64,000 nt of DNA from NCBI GenBank assembly GCA_017499595.2, contig CM039008.1:744001-808000 (forward strand), read 5' to 3'. Positions 62,436-64,000 of this stretch are shown here, piece after piece. How positions within the stretch are numbered: position 1 is the stretch's first letter; each line of letters starts with the position of its first letter. The position numbers and the translations under genes were made by a program. A model generated the notes under the pieces. It was not told the DNA's origin, searched no databases, and saw only the letters and a program-made list of their open reading frames with translations. The DNA is from Psilocybe cubensis (lineage: Eukaryota).

Positions 62436-63248
62436 CACTGCGGGCATTGGCTTTAATAACTACTGAGTATATTTTGAATAAATGATATTCTGAGTAATTT
62501 TATTTTTCAACATGTACTCAAGATATAACCCCTAGTAATTGTAGAAAAATTTTTCAGCCTTTGTTCAACATGTACAGAGGGATAAATATTGAATTTACAC
62601 AACTGAACAAAGGTTGAATATTGTTTGAACTGACATCTACTATACTTGGTATACTATTTTTTACCAAAAACATGTTTGACCGAAACGTACACATGTTCTT
62701 TTGTAATATAAAGAGCCCTTTCAAATCTGCCCTTTCTACCATACTAGTGCTAATTAGTGATCATGAGCGAGACAAGGTGGGTTAAGCTCATTTGTGGAGC
62801 ATATTATATACTGTGACCTGGCCGGTACGTATGCATGTACATGTGTGGGTGTGTGTGGTTGAAGTTGGTGTTATAAGGTGGTGGCGGGGGGCGTGACGGG
62901 TTGTTGAGCCCATGGCCAGTCATGTTGAGGTGTATGACGGGTAGTGATAGGCGGTTCATTGTGGCGGATTGGTTTACTAGATTTAGATTACTATAATACG
63001 CAGTTGATGGCTAGAAATATCCAAAAATATAAATAATCAATGTTGTTGGTCTCTCAACATGTATTCAAGCTTTAATCAGGACCAAAATTTCTTGTTTAGG
63101 ATGCTGAATACATTTTGAAAAAAAATTAAGTAAATGTTGAATATTTTCAAACTTTAACGAGCCGCGATACATTTTGAATAATTATTGAAAATAATGAACT
63201 ACATTTCAACATTTAATCATGTGGTTATTGAAGCCAATGCCCGCAGTG
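62436..63248. mobile_element. Non-autonomous CACTA/EnSpm-type element (CACTG termini, 3-bp TSD TGA)
   Basis: TIR CACTGCGGGCATTGGCTT(T/C)AATAAC(T/C)AC; TGA at 62433-62435 and 63249-63251; AT-rich interior. Confidence 0.9.
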
Positions 63249-63716
63249 TGAAATCCTTCGAAGTTTTGGGTTAAAATGATGACGGTCCTTTGAACAGTGA
63301 CCGACCCACATAGTCTCCTTCAGGAATTTATGCAGAGTTTGTCCCTCTACAGATTACCGTGACGGCGTCGGCTTCGGGACCCTATTTCGTAAAGCCATAG
63401 TGTCAATGTTTGAAAAATTCCAGGAACATTGCGTTGGAGCGGCGCCTATTTTTGGGTCGTTCGGAGTTGAATGGTTTTAACAGTGTCGTGCGTGAGTTTA
63501 ATAGATATACATCCTGGTCCTGAGTAAGTCATACCAATCAGTTATAGCATCAGTTGCGGTGATATAAGTTTTCAAATACAACGATCATTGATGTTACTGT
63601 CCCTCTTTATCCTGCTTTAGTGCATTTAGAACGTGAAACTTAATTTGACGCCCTCTCCTAATTTGAATCTGAATCGTGGACTTACAGCCGGAACAGAAGC
63701 ATAGGTGTTCAGCAAT

Positions 63717-64000
63717 ATGTCGAATACAACCACATCTGAACTTCCAAATCCCTATACACCCATGGCTTTCCTGTCACCCGATGTTGTTTTTCAAGCAACT
63801 ATTGCAGCCTATATCACAGCAGGTTGTTTATCTGTGAGTTATGTGATCAATTTGATGCTTCAGTTCAATATTAATCTTGATTCTAGGTACTTATTTGGGA
63901 CATTTTGGACAATTTAAAAGCCGACATTACGATGATTTGGAATTTTTCATTTACTCACTTGACACTCGTGTACATTTCATCACGGTGAGGATTCCTGATT
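63717..64000 (+). CDS. DUF6533-type membrane protein, 5' part (runs off the window)
   Basis: MSNTTTSELPNPYTPMAFL..AAYITAGCLS | VLIWDILDNLKAD..TLVYISSR; closest to the gene at 2660. Confidence 0.78.

Overview
Intron-rich eukaryotic DNA, most likely from a mushroom-forming basidiomycete (short GT-AG introns, DUF6533 and CPL1/priA families). About 19 multi-exon genes are supported: YIF1, a GMC oxidoreductase interrupted by a transposon, an MFS transporter, an NAD(P)-dependent epimerase/reductase, a ferric reductase, two PI-PLC-like phosphodiesterases, MED8, a large secreted CPL1/priA protein, a beta-propeller lactonase, a TRIC-like membrane protein, an AhpD/CMD + alpha/beta-hydrolase fusion, a vWA protein, a histidine acid phosphatase and six DUF6533 membrane proteins. 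Five non-autonomous DNA transposons are delimited by TIRs and TSDs of 7, 2, 8, 8 and 3 bp; one is nested inside another. Leads of most interest: (i) a CPL1 protein extended into a polyprotein of three homologous modules separated by Kex2-type sites; (ii) a degenerate non-coding inverted repeat bracketing a 17.6-kb microsatellite-rich block; (iii) a possible beta-ketoadipate mini-cluster; (iv) a long-TIR element with a 7-bp TSD; (v) alternating C-rich and G/T-rich blocks running through coding exons. Gene coordinates span introns and were read by eye. No database searches were run.
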